Below are positions 1-10,568 of a DNA stretch of 35,807 nt, piece by piece. How positions within the stretch are numbered: position 1 is the first letter of the stretch; each line of letters begins with the position of its first letter. The DNA comes from Thraustochytrium aureum (lineage: Eukaryota): contig BLSG01000280.1 in assembly GCA_012862495.1 (NCBI GenBank), positions 1-35,807 of the forward strand. The letters run 5' to 3'. Position numbers and translations under genes: made by a program. A model generated the notes under the pieces. That model was not told where the DNA came from. It saw nothing but the letters and a program-made list of their open reading frames with translations, and searched no databases.

Positions 1-672
1 CGGCCTGCGTGAGCCAGATGTTGGACGCGTCTTGCCGCTGTCCTTGATAAAGGCGCCCACGAGGAGCTTTTGGTTTGGGCCGAGCACGCCCTTCTTGGGC
101 GTGCCGAACGGCACGATCGCCTCCAGCCTCTCGCGGCGCTTCGCGTCGCAGAGCGTCATGAGCGGCTCCTCCATGTAGAGTATCGAGGTGAGCCCGCGCG
201 AGAGCGCCTCGGCGAACAGGATGTGCTCGGCGTCCTCCGCGGCCTCCTCGTCCAGCCGCCTCGCCGCGATCTTGATCAGGCTCGACTTGACGCGCTTCGA
301 CTTGAAGCCGACCTCAGCCAGCGCGGCCTTCGTGTCGAGCTTGTTGGCGTCGCCGGAGACAAACAGCGTGAGCGAGCTGTTTGCCATGATCGACGCCAGG
401 TGGGTGGACAGCAGGTTGTTCTTCGTCCACTGCCTCCGCTCAGCCACAACCTCGCGCTTCACGCGCTCGCGGGCCGCATCTGCAGGGCCATCCGCATACG
501 GCGTGTTGGACAGGTCGACCATCTTTATGTACCTCCTGACCAGGCCCATCCCGTGCGCGGCGCCGTTCCCGCGTCGCCCCGCGGCCAACCCCCATCCGCT
601 CCTCGCCGCGTTCCCAGCGGCCCACACCGTCCTCGCGGCCCCCGCAGTCTGGCCGAGCCTCGGAGCCGCCAT
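1..672 (-). CDS. Mitochondrial-targeted protein, tentatively mitoribosomal uL10-like (3' end runs off the window)
   Basis: Not in the ORF track because it has no stop in the window. Manual translation from ATG at 672 gives MAAPRLGQTAGAARTVWAAGNAARSGWGLAAGRRGNG..., an Arg/Ala-rich presequence-like N-terminus with no acidic residues. It continues LASIMANSSLTLFVSG...AALAEVGFKSKRVKSSLIKIAA...RGLTSILYMEEP...KLLVGAF, which loosely follows the uL10 pattern. Possible frameshift near 50 (alternative reading AFYQGQ). Confidence 0.4.
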   Translation of the reverse strand, partial: MAAPRLGQTAGAARTVWAAGNAARSGWGLAAGRRGNGAAHGMGLVRRYIKMVDLSNTPYADGPADAARERVKREVVAERRQWTKNNLLSTHLASIMANSSLTLFVSGDANKLDTKAALAEVGFKSKRVKSSLIKIAARRLDEEAAEDAEHILFAEALSRGLTSILYMEEPLMTLCDAKRRERLEAIVPFGTPKKGVLGPNQKLLVGAFIKDSGKTRPTSGSRRP

Positions 673-1564
673 TTCGCGTCCGCAGAATCGCCAAATCCGG
701 CCGAATCCCGCGCGGATTTCCCCGCTCGAAAAACGCGCGCGCGCGCCGCAGCCGCGCCGAGGCCGCCCGCACGCCTCCGNNNNNNNNNNNNNNNNNNNNN
801 NNNNNNNNNNNNNNNNNNNNNNNNNNNNNNNNNNNNNNNNNNNNNNNNNNNNNNNNNNNNNNNNNNNNNNNNNNNNNNNNNNNNNNNNNNNNNNNNNNNN
901 NNNNNNNNNNNNNNNNNNNNNNNNNNNNNNNNNNNNNNNNNNNNNNNNNNNNNNNNNNNNNNNNNNNNNNNNNNNNNNNNNNNNNNNNNNNNNNNNNNNN
1001 NNNNNNNNNNNNNNNNNNNNNNNNNNNNNNNNNNNNNNNNNNNNNNNNNNNNNNNNNNNNNNNNNNNNNNNNNNNNNNNNNNNNNNNNNNNNNNNNNNNN
1101 NNNNNNNNNNNNNNNNNNNNNNNNNNNNNNNNNNNNNNNNNNNNNNNNNNNNNNNNNNNNNNNNNNNNNNNNNNNNNNNNNNNNNNNNNNNNNNNNNNNN
1201 NNNNNNNNNNNNNNNNNNNNNNNNNNNNNNNNNNNNNNNNNNNNNNNNNNNNNNNNNNNNNNNNNNNNNNNNNNNNNNNNNNNNNNNNNNNNNNNNNNNN
1301 NNNNNNNNNNNNNNNNNNNNNNNNNNNNNNNNNNNNNNNNNNNNNNNNNNNNNNNNNNNNNNNNNNNNNNNNNNNNNNNNNNNNNNNNNNNNNNNNNNNN
1401 NNNNNNNNNNNNNNNNNNNNNNNNNNNNNNNNNNNNNNNNNNNNNNNNNNNNNNNNNNNNNNNNNNNNNNNNNNNNNNNNNNNNNNNNNNNNNNNNNNNN
1501 NNNNNNNNNNNNNNNNNCGGCCAACTCGCCAGCGGGCGGGGAAAAGCGCGGTCAGAAGCGTAGG

Positions 1565-4483
1565 ATGGGCTGCGTGTCCTCGTCCTCTACACCGGAGCAG
1601 CAGCAGCACCCCACGAATACTTTTGACGCGGGCCTCGACGGAAACGTGGACCAGGCGAGGCTCAGCGCACTTGCCTCCGTTGGCGCCAGAAGCAGGTCTT
1701 TGTCTGGCCTTGGCTCTACGAACGACCGCAGGGTCGTCGTCCCGCCGCAGGGCACGAACGGGAAGCACTCGGGCGGCTCGGCGATGCGGCACGCGTCCTC
1801 CTCTTCCTCGTCCTCCTCCTCGCCGCCTGCGTTCGGGGCAGCCGGCGGGGTGGGATACGCTGGCGTCCCCGCGGGCAGCGCGAGCTCCAGGGGGGGCTAC
1901 ATGGACATCGACCAACCGCGCCCCTCGAGCTGGGATGCCGAGGAGAACGACATTGCCGACCTCGTGGAGCTGGTCCCAGACGAGCCCTTGACGGACGAGC
2001 GCATCGAGGTCGCGCAGCGCATCCGACTCATCCCCTTCTTCAGCATGCACTCGTTCCGCCAGATCAAGCAGATTGCGGCTGCGATGGAGGAGGTTTCCGT
2101 GGCCGCCGGCAACACGATCTTCCGCGCGGGCGACCCCGAGGACGCTTTCTTCCTTGTCAAGGAAAACGACGACGTGAGCCGACTGGCGGCCGCGGACCCG
2201 CACGGCGCAGTGCTCTTGAGGCCTGCGCCCGCCTCGTTCGGCGAGACCTGCCTGCGGTACAACGACGTCAAGTGCCGCTTTACGCTAACTGCCGTGGCGG
2301 ACGTGCGCATGTTCCGCATCACGCCCAACAAGTACCGCAGCCTGATCGTGCGGCAGGCCAAGCAGCAAGAGTCGCAGTACATGCACTTTCTCGGCAAGGT
2401 GCCCATCCTTGGCGCCCTCACGGACGAGCAGCTTCAGGCCTTAGGGAGCCGCCTGCAGCACGCAAAGTTCGCCGACGGAACGAAAATCATCACCCAGGGC
2501 TCGCACGGGTCCACGTTCTACTTTGTGGAGAGCGGCACTGTAAAGTGCGTCCAGCGCACGCAAAAGGGCTCCAACGAGGTCGTCTCGGAGGTCAACAGGT
2601 TTTCCGCCGGCGACTATTTCGGGGAAGGCGCCCTGCTGCAGGACGCCCCGCGAAACGCAGACGTCATCGCGGTCGGCGAGGTGACGTGTCTGACGCTCAC
2701 GCGCAACGATTTCAACGACCTCTTGGGCGGCGTCCAGCAGCTCTTGGACCACAACTTTCGCGCGCGTGTGCTCAAGGGCGTGGACCTGCTGCAGTCTCTC
2801 ACGGATGCCGAGCGGTCCGAGCTGGCCGACCTGCTCGCCGAGCAGGTCTACGACCCAGGCGAGCAGATCATTCAGCAGGGTGACATGGGCGACCGGTTTT
2901 ACATAATCNNNNNNNNNNNNNNNNNNNNNNNNNNNNNNNNNNNNNNNNNNNNNNNNNNNNNNNNNNNNNNNNNNNNNNNNNNNNNNNNNNNNNNNNNNNN
3001 NNNNNNNNNNNNNNNNNNNNNNNNNNNNNNNNNNNNNNNNNNNNNNNNNNNNNNNNNNNNNNNNNNNNNNNNNNNNNNNNNNNNNNNNNNNNNNNNNNNN
3101 NNNNNNNNNNNNNNNNNNNNNNNNNNNNNNNNNNNNNNNNNNNNNNNNNNNNNNNNNNNNNNNNNNNNNNNNNNNNNNNNNNNNNNNNNNNNNNNNNNNN
3201 NNNNNNNNNNNNNNNNNNNNNNNNNNNNNNNNNNNNNNNNNNNNNNNNNNNNNNNNNNNNNNNNNNNNNNNNNNNNCGAGCAGGACACCGAGCAGGAGGA
3301 GATTGGCCGCCTCTTTACCGGGCAGTACTTTGGGGAGGGGGCCCTGCTCACCGACGCCCCGCGGCGCGCCAGCGCGTACGCGGTTGGCCAGGTCACGCTG
3401 CTGTCGCTGGAGCGGAGCATCTTCAACACCGTGTTCGACCAGTCGCTGCAGGACATGTTGAACCGCAACTTTGAAAAGCGGCGCAAGGAGGAGGAGGCCG
3501 GGGTCGAGTTTACCGACCTCGAGCAGATCAAGGTCCTGGGCGCGGGCTCGTACGGCCAGGTCCTCCTGGTCACCAACAAGATCACTGGCAAGACGTACGC
3601 GCTGAAAACCATGTCCAAGCAGCGCATTGTGGCGATGAACCAGCAGTGCCACGTGCTCAACGAAAAGCACATCCTCGAGTCGACCAACCACCCCTTTATC
3701 GTGAGCCTCAAACAGTCCTACGTGAGCGACGAATACGTGTTTGTGCTGCTAGAGGCGGTGCTTGGCGGCGAGCTCTTTGCGTACATGCGCGCGGCGGGCC
3801 GGCTCAAGCTCAAGGACGCCATTTTCTACATCGCGCAGGTTGTGCTCGTGTTCGAGTACCTCCACTCGCGCAACATCATCTACCGAGACCTCAAGCCGGA
3901 GAACCTCCTCGTCGCGGGCAACGGCTACCTCAAGTTTACCGATTTCGGCCTCTCCAAGATGCTGCACAACGACCGCAAGACCTACACGCTCTGCGGGACG
4001 CCCAGCTACGCGCCGCCCGAGGTCTACAACCTCACCGGCCACGGCAAGGCTGTGGACTGGTGGACGCTTGGCGTGCTCACGCACGAGCTGTTGTCTGCCA
4101 CGACGCCTTTCGACGGGACGCCCGAGGAGATTTTCGCGTCGCTCGATCAGTATGCGCGCTGCTACCCCAACATCAAGCTGCCCCGCGGGCTCTCCGGCCC
4201 CGTCGGCGACTTTACGCTCCGCCTCCTCAACCCGAACCCCAGCAAGCGCCTCGGATGCCTCCCGCGTGGCGCAGGCGTCCGCGACGTCAAGCTGCACAGC
4301 CTCTTTCTCGGCTACAGCTGGACCAAGCTCATCCAGGAGCAGATCAAGGCCCCTTTCAAGCCCAAGATTCGCTCCATGTACGACACTGACAACTTTTACC
4401 CGCCCACGGTCAAGGGCAAGCCTGTTCAGCTCGCCAACGTCGACCCCGCTTCGGTGCACATTGCCGCTGATTGGCAATTTTAG
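1565..4483 (+). CDS. PKG: cGMP-dependent protein kinase-like (tandem cyclic-nucleotide-binding domains + AGC kinase), N-terminal acylation motif
   Basis: ATG 1565 gives MGCVSS. CNB motifs: SFGETCL, YFGEGALLQDAPRNADV, IIQQGDMGDRFYII, YFGEGALLTDAPRRASA. Kinase motifs: LGAGSYG, YALK, YRDLKPEN, DFG, TYTLCGTPSYAPPE, and an AGC-type tail (APFKP...DTDNF). Gap 2909-3276 lies inside; stop TAG 4481-4483. Confidence 0.9.
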   Translation: MGCVSSSSTPEQQQHPTNTFDAGLDGNVDQARLSALASVGARSRSLSGLGSTNDRRVVVPPQGTNGKHSGGSAMRHASSSSSSSSSPPAFGAAGGVGYAGVPAGSASSRGGYMDIDQPRPSSWDAEENDIADLVELVPDEPLTDERIEVAQRIRLIPFFSMHSFRQIKQIAAAMEEVSVAAGNTIFRAGDPEDAFFLVKENDDVSRLAAADPHGAVLLRPAPASFGETCLRYNDVKCRFTLTAVADVRMFRITPNKYRSLIVRQAKQQESQYMHFLGKVPILGALTDEQLQALGSRLQHAKFADGTKIITQGSHGSTFYFVESGTVKCVQRTQKGSNEVVSEVNRFSAGDYFGEGALLQDAPRNADVIAVGEVTCLTLTRNDFNDLLGGVQQLLDHNFRARVLKGVDLLQSLTDAERSELADLLAEQVYDPGEQIIQQGDMGDRFYIIXXXXXXXXXXXXXXXXXXXXXXXXXXXXXXXXXXXXXXXXXXXXXXXXXXXXXXXXXXXXXXXXXXXXXXXXXXXXXXXXXXXXXXXXXXXXXXXXXXXXXXXXXXXXXXXXXXXXXXXXXXXEQDTEQEEIGRLFTGQYFGEGALLTDAPRRASAYAVGQVTLLSLERSIFNTVFDQSLQDMLNRNFEKRRKEEEAGVEFTDLEQIKVLGAGSYGQVLLVTNKITGKTYALKTMSKQRIVAMNQQCHVLNEKHILESTNHPFIVSLKQSYVSDEYVFVLLEAVLGGELFAYMRAAGRLKLKDAIFYIAQVVLVFEYLHSRNIIYRDLKPENLLVAGNGYLKFTDFGLSKMLHNDRKTYTLCGTPSYAPPEVYNLTGHGKAVDWWTLGVLTHELLSATTPFDGTPEEIFASLDQYARCYPNIKLPRGLSGPVGDFTLRLLNPNPSKRLGCLPRGAGVRDVKLHSLFLGYSWTKLIQEQIKAPFKPKIRSMYDTDNFYPPTVKGKPVQLANVDPASVHIAADWQF

Positions 4484-5735
4484 AGGCCTCGGTGCGGGAC
4501 GATGCAACGCAGCAAGGCTCGGCGCTTTGTCTCTGATGCGTTGACTACTTGAGCGCCGCAGATTGAAGGCGCCGCAGCACATGAATGATTTTCCAGCTTT
4601 CCACTTCTTTCCCCAGGCCGCGTCGCGCTCTATTCACGGCTCAGCTCGACCGCGCAGGTGTCCAGAGTTTGTAGATGTGTGGTAAGTGAGTGGGTACTCT
4701 TGTGGTGGTGTCCACGTGGAACGAAGAACGGAGGCGAGCTGGGCTCCCCAGCGCGCGCGGCACCAAGCGGGACATTCCGGCGCAGGGCCGAAGCAGCGCA
4801 GGGCTGAAGCAGCACATACTGAATGAAGCCCCGCGCAAACGGCACTTGGTGTGTGGCTGGGTCGTTTCTGTGCGCTACGCTAATAGACGGGAGCTGCGAC
4901 CTCAAAGGAAAAGGGAAAGAAACAGCACTGCCCAACCTTTGGGTAAGCAGGTCTGGCAGCACCGACAGGGACGTCTCGCTGCGCCACGAAGGCGGCTTTN
5001 NNNNNNNNNNNNNNNNNNNNNNNNNNNNNNNNNNNNNNNNNNNNNNNNNNNNNNNNNNNNNNNNNNNNNNNNNNNNNNNNNNNNNNNNNNNNNNNNNNNN
5101 NNNNNNNNNNNNNNNNNNNNNNNNNNNNNNNNNNNNNNNNNNNNNNNNNNNNNNNNNNNNNNNNNNNNNNNNNNNNNNNNNNNNNNNNNNNNNNNNNNNN
5201 NNNNNNNNNNNNNNNNNNNNNNNNNNNNNNNNNNNNNNNNNNNNNNNNNNNNNNNNNNNNNNNNNNNNNNNNNNNNNNNNNNNNNNNNNNNNNNNNNNNN
5301 NNNNNNNNNNNNNNNNNNNNNNNNNNNNNNNNNNNNNNNNNNNNNNNNNNNNNNNNNNNNNNNNNNNNNNNNNNNNNNNNNNNNNNNNNNNNNNNNNNNN
5401 NNNNNNNNNNNNNNNNNNNNNNNNNNNNNNNNNNNNNNNNNNNNNNNNNNNNNNNNNNNNNNNNNNNNNNNNNNNNNNNNNNNNNNNNNNNNNNNNNNNN
5501 NNNNNNNNNNNNNNNNNNNNNNNNNNNNNNNNNNNNNNNNNNNNNNNNNNNNNNNNNNNNNNNNNNNNNNNNNNNNNNNNNNNNNNNNNNNNNNNNNNNN
5601 NNNNNNNNNNNNNNNNNNNNNNNNNNNNNNNNNNNNNNNNNNNNNNNNNNNNNNNNNNNNNNNNNNNNNNNNNNNNNNNNNNNNNNNNNNNNNNNNNNNN
5701 NNNNNNNNNNNNNNNNNNNNNNNNNNNNNNNNNNN

Positions 5736-7458
5736 GGGAATGTTTTTCGTAGACTTGCTCTCCTGCTTCCCCGCCGAACTGGTGTGGACCGCAACCCAGA
5801 ATCACCGAAGTGGCGCCCTGCCGACCCCGAGGCTGCAGCTGTTCACAAAGACGATGCTCTTCTTGCGCCTCCTCAAGGCCGTCCGGGTCGTCAACCTGGA
5901 GAGCACGCTCTCTGGCGAGTACTTTCACTACAGCAGAGGGAAACGCCGACTCGTGCAGCTGACGATCGTCGTCCCTTTCGTCTCGCACGTCGTTGCTTGC
6001 GCATGGTGCAGCTTCGCGGAGGCGGGGGCGCCGTCCTGGGTCTCGGAGTTTTTCCAGCTCGCCTCGGACGCAGAGGCAAACGACGCGGTGGAGGCGACTC
6101 TGGAGGAAGGCAGCAACGAAACCATCCTGGAGGTCTACCTGTCTTCGGTGCACTGGTCCGTGTCCACTTTGACAACGGTGGGCTTTGGAGACATTCGGGC
6201 CGCCAACTCTGGCGAGCAGGGCTTTGCAATCGCCGCCAGTTTGGCAGGCGCCGCTCTGGGCGGCATGCTAATTGCATACGTGTCCAGCGTGATCACGGAG
6301 TTTTCGGGAACTAAAGCTACCGACGACGCCATGCTCAACTCTGTTGGCGCTTTCCTCAAACACAACAACGTGCCAAAAGCCTTGAGCGGCAAGATCTGGC
6401 GCTACTATCGGCAGCTGATCTCTCAGCGCTCCAGCTTTAACGAGCTGGAGATCATGAACGACCTGAGCCCCGACCTGAGGCGCGAACTCAGCCTGTTCGT
6501 GCTGCGGGACACGCTTGAGGACCTGGAGATCTTTCGCGGCCTCGACGACACCAACTTGATTGGAGTGCTCGTCCGCTCGCTCAAGCCAGCCGCAGCGAGG
6601 GCCGGCGACACGATCATCAGCGCAGGCTCGCAGGCAACAGAGATGTTTTTCCTCCTCAGTGGGAGCGTCGAGGTCGTCTCTGGGGCGGACGACACGATCA
6701 TTCTCGCCACTCTGGGGAGCGGCAACCACTTTGGCGAGGTGGGGCTCGCGCGGAACGGCATCGACGTCCACCACGCAACGGTGCGCGCCCTTGAGTCGTG
6801 CGACCTGTTCGTTCTCTCGCGCGAGAAGCTGCGAGACATTGCGATAGCATTTCCAGTGGTGCGTCAACGTCTCCGCAAGCACTACAAACGTCAGGAGAGC
6901 GTACGCAACAACTTGCGCACGAATCGCAAGTGCGCCAAGATCGTCATGGACGACGCGGATATCGAAGGCGTCAGCGAGGCTCTCGACGACGCGGCGCAGC
7001 TCGTGGGTGTCGGCAACCAGCTCGGTCAGGACGTCGAACCCCCAAAATACGCACCAGGCCGAGAGGCGCTAGAAGGCGAAGGGGCCCTGCGCCGGCCGAT
7101 GCTCGTGCGCAAAAAACAGTACCTCTTCTTGAAGTACCAGACAGAGGCCTTGGAGATGCTCTCCATCAACTCGACCACGGCGGGGGGGGTCGCCGCCACG
7201 CCTGTCAAGGTCGACGAGGAGGAGGAAGGGGACGGGGACGAGGACGGGGACGAGGAGGAGGAGGACGACTTTGAAGACGACGGCATGTCCGTCGCGAACG
7301 ACCATGTTTTGGGGGAACCGAGTAGCGCGGACGACTCGTTCGCCGAAAAGCAGCTCGCGCTCGAGCAAATGAAAAATACCATCCGAGACATCGCGACGTT
7401 GGCGCAGCGCCAAGGCGAGGCGATTGATGCCATTGCTGCTGCGCTGGCACGCAGCTGA
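5736..7458 (+). CDS. Cyclic-nucleotide-binding-domain K+ channel (KCNH/EAG-, HCN- or CNG-type); 5' part lies in or before gap 5000-5735
   Basis: S3 FFVDLLSCFP, S4 LFLRLLKAVRVV, pore YLSSVHWSVSTLTTVGFGDI, S6, C-linker (LSPDLRRELSL), CNBD (AGDTIISAGSQATEMFFLLSGSVEV...HFGEVGL...ATVRALESCDLFVLSRE), acidic tail and terminal coiled coil. Start not determinable; 4823 is one candidate ATG. Confidence 0.88.
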
Positions 7459-7683
7459 CGACCGAGAATGTCTCTGTAGATGGCTGCCGCCAGGGAACTG
7501 CCAAGCCTCGGCCGCAAGAGGTGAAGTGCGCACGCGCACGAAAGGACGGATGAACATACAGGCCACTGGTCTCGCTACCTGGTGGAGTGGAACCAACGTC
7601 AAAGTTGCTCGAGTGGTGTGCCCAGATTTTATAAAGGCATCGATACTTTCTCTCGTTTTTTCTTTTCACAACGACAAAAGTAG

Positions 7684-8874
7684 CTAGAGCGTCACGCTCT
7701 GCAGCTGCTGCCGGTACCAACTCTCAATTTCCTTCGACGCCTCGGATGTCGGCCTACTTGCCATCTCGTACGCGGCCAAGGTACTCAAGGACGAACCCTC
7801 GGCCGCTTGGTTGCCCGGATTGAGGGCTCGCTCGAGTCGCTCGTGCTCCCGCTCGTCGCTCTCGTCCTCCAGTTCTCGAGACGTTGGCGCGAGCCGCGAA
7901 CTTTCGACGATTTGCCGCGCCATCTCGACGATCTCGTCGTCGCTCAACCGCTTGGCCCCCCCTTTCTTCTTGCGCTGCTCAAGACCAGGCAAAAGCGACC
8001 CGGACGGGTCGTACGAGTGCCGCAATTTGCTAATGCGGGTCTTGTGTCCACCTGCGCGGCGCCCTTTGGATCTGCCCTTCCGACCAACTTTGTTCGTTGG
8101 CTCATCGGACTCCACACGGTCTGAGCCGTTCTCAATATGGCTGCCTCCAACCGCAGTGCTCGCCGCGGCTTTGGCCGCTCTTGCTTGGCGCTCGCGCTCG
8201 CGCAATTCGACCTGATACCGCTCTTGCCGCTCCCGCAGGCCCTGCTCGAGACGTTTACGCTCGCGCTCCTTGCGCTTTTCTTCCTTGCGCTTTGCCGCAG
8301 CCTCCTTGCGTTCCAGGTTGATTTTCCAGTCATCGATCTGCTTTGCGCGCTCTGCGCGCTCGCGCTCGAGTATCCGCCGGAGCTTGTCGCGTCGCGCCAG
8401 CTCCTCTTCGGCCTCCTGCGCCTGGAGCGCCTCGACGTCGGCGCGCATTTTAGCCTTGAGCTCTATCCTCTCTTCGTACCTTCGACGCGCGCGCTCTACG
8501 ACGTCTGGGTTGACAGGATTGAGCAAAAGGACGTTGGACCCAGCGCGCTGCTGAGCAGGAGTGCCACCGGCTTCCCCGATGAGCTGCTGTCCGTGTGGAG
8601 CTGATCTTGCCCCAGCGGAGCGCAGCCTTGAACCAAGAGGCTGCGAGATATACTCCAGAGCCTCTTGCCTTTCTCCTCGCTGAGACTGCGTCTGGCGGCC
8701 GTCCCTGCCCACCTGACGCATTTGAAGACCCGACACGATCGCTTTGGCGGTTGCAACGCGCCGCAGCCGCCGAGATACGACCTGCCCCTTCGTCTCCGCC
8801 CCGCCGCCCGCGCGGCCCTTTGTCATCGTAGAGCTCGACCGTGCCAATGGCCTCCGCACCCTGCTGCACTCCAT
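7684..8874 (-). CDS. Hypothetical charged coiled-coil protein
   Basis: 396-aa ORF with a long E/R/K-rich helical stretch (EEELARRDKLRRILERERAERAKQIDDWKINLERKE...). No recognisable domain. An alternative start is at 8826. Confidence 0.6.
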   Translation of the reverse strand: MECSRVRRPLARSSSTMTKGRAGGGAETKGQVVSRRLRRVATAKAIVSGLQMRQVGRDGRQTQSQRGERQEALEYISQPLGSRLRSAGARSAPHGQQLIGEAGGTPAQQRAGSNVLLLNPVNPDVVERARRRYEERIELKAKMRADVEALQAQEAEEELARRDKLRRILERERAERAKQIDDWKINLERKEAAAKRKEEKRKERERKRLEQGLRERQERYQVELRERERQARAAKAAASTAVGGSHIENGSDRVESDEPTNKVGRKGRSKGRRAGGHKTRISKLRHSYDPSGSLLPGLEQRKKKGGAKRLSDDEIVEMARQIVESSRLAPTSRELEDESDEREHERLERALNPGNQAAEGSSLSTLAAYEMASRPTSEASKEIESWYRQQLQSVTL

Positions 8875-9925
8875 CGTGCCCCGTACCAGGGTATGAAAGC
8901 GTCAGGCTTTCGCGTTCACCAATGCAGCGCCTTCAGAAACCCGGTACAATCGCCGCACAGCAACCAAGCAAGACCCCGACCAGCCGTGTCACTGTCCCTT
9001 GCACGAGCTCAACTCGCAAGCACGCCTCAGGCGCCGCCGCTAGGCCCGCACTTGCCTTCGGCGTCGCCGGGGTCTTCGTCGTCGTCGAAAATCGAGCAGA
9101 CCTCGCCCGATTCCGCACCGATCGCCTCGAAACCGAGACCGCCGTGACGGCCGTCTTCACGAGAACAACCTGGAGCGAACGAATCGACGCGCGGCCGCCT
9201 CGCGCACTCGCGACGCGCGACGCTCTGCCTCCAACTCGGGTCTACATGGCATCGGCCGCCGAGAAAGAAATCGATCCGTTACCGTTTCCCGAACCTAACC
9301 CAAAACACCTGCCGAGTCGGGCTCCGAGCGGAGCTCGTCCAGGCCATTGTGGACCGGCCGGCGCTGCGAGCCGAGGTCGTCCACGGCAGCGTCGCTGAGC
9401 CCTGGAGAGGACTAGTGCTCGTCACCGCGCGTAGGTACTTGATCGTTGTCAACGGAAAGTAGTATGCTGTGTTGCATCCCTCTATTCGTCCAACAAGACT
9501 GGACAGCTGAAACTTGACTTTCAGCGCGCACGATTTCGCGAATCGGACTGGACATCAACCAGATTCAGCTGCGAGGCTGCGCGCTCGGAAGCGCCTCGCC
9601 GCCGTCGAGGCGCTTGGACTATACCCGTTGCTCCTTGCCGGGACGCTGCGCCGATCCTTGGTGTACAATGCGTGCACTGGCAGGGCTTCGACTGGACCTC
9701 GACAATGTGCGAGGCGATGTTCGAGCGTCCCACAGCTGGACGCCGGGCACGCTCGAGCTGAACTGTCCCTGTCTCCGCCACAACGAGCCCCGCTTCTCGC
9801 AATCTTGAGACGCAGGGGTGCTGGAACGACTTGTTGTTGCTGAAGCCGTGATTTTTACTCGATGCAGGACAGGCACGTGACTGGCCTTGCCACAGCTGCG
9901 TGTCGGGTCCTGAGCAGACCCCGAA

Positions 9926-9980
9926 AACAACAACAACAAAAACAACAACAACAACAAGCAAACAGCAGCAGCAGCAGCAG
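9926..9980. repeat. (CAA)n-(CAG)n compound microsatellite in the probable 5' UTR
   Basis: aacaacaacaacaaaaacaacaacaacaacaagcaaacagcagcagcagcagcag, ending about 25 nt before ATG 10005. Confidence 0.85.
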
Positions 9981-10004
9981 CGGGCAACAAGCCACACCAG
10001 AGCA

Positions 10005-10568
10005 ATGGGTTGCATCGAGAGCCAGTACGACGACGTGAACCGCGTGCCGTACCACGCCCACGTCAACGGCGGCCCCCAATACATGGACCCCGGGTACGGA
10101 GCCCGCCCAATGCCCATGCCAGGCCCGATCGACAACCGAGGCGTGCCAGGGATGCCGTTTCCGACCCCGGGAGCCCACTCAGGCGCGTGCCCNNNNNNNN
10201 NNNNNNNNNNNNNNNNNNNNNNNNNNNNNNNNNNNNNNNNNNNNNNNNNNNNNNNNNNNNNNNNNNNNNNNNNNNNNNNNNNNNNNNNNNNNNNNNNNNN
10301 NNNNNNNTGCAAGAGCTGCACTGGGTGCAACGGGGTTGGCGTCCTGCCAGGAGGCGGTGCGTCAACGAGCACGACGGTGATCCACGGAGGCGGTTTCGGG
10401 GGCATCACCGTGGAGACCACCCGGACCGTCGGCAGGCGGACTTGCCCGCGCTGCTCCGGTTGCGGGTACTCGCACGATTCGTCGATGGCGCACGACGCCC
10501 CGCAGGGCCAAAAGTGCTTTTTCTGCTCCAAGTGCAACGCGTGCGGCTCGCGCGGCTGGATCGAGTAG
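10005..10568 (+). CDS. Small N-acylated Cys/His-rich zinc-module protein (DnaJ-type CxxCxGxG motifs, no J domain)
   Basis: MGCIES start, Pro/Met-rich linker, GACP[gap 10193-10307]CKSCTGCNGVG, then CPRCSGCGYSHDSSMAHDAPQGQKCFFCSKCNACGSRGWIE*. Confidence 0.8.
   Translation: MGCIESQYDDVNRVPYHAHVNGGPQYMDPGYGARPMPMPGPIDNRGVPGMPFPTPGAHSGACXXXXXXXXXXXXXXXXXXXXXXXXXXXXXXXXXXXXXXXCKSCTGCNGVGVLPGGGASTSTTVIHGGGFGGITVETTRTVGRRTCPRCSGCGYSHDSSMAHDAPQGQKCFFCSKCNACGSRGWIE

Noticed and set aside
188..1564. N-terminal extension of the 1431-aa ORF and the other ORFs that run through N-gaps
   Set aside because: Artefact of translating through Ns. The 188-779 part is the antisense shadow of the minus-strand gene at 1-672, and the kinase most plausibly starts at MGCVSS (1565).
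4676..4999. GTAAGT at 4682 and GTAAGC at 4943 as intron donors for the channel 5' end
   Set aside because: No acceptor or frame could be tied to a recognisable S1-S2 region because of gap 5000-5735, so this cannot be supported.
8880..9900. Short ORFs or an RNA gene between the coiled-coil and zinc-module genes
   Set aside because: No domain, no tRNA cloverleaf and no snRNA motif recognisable by eye; left unannotated.
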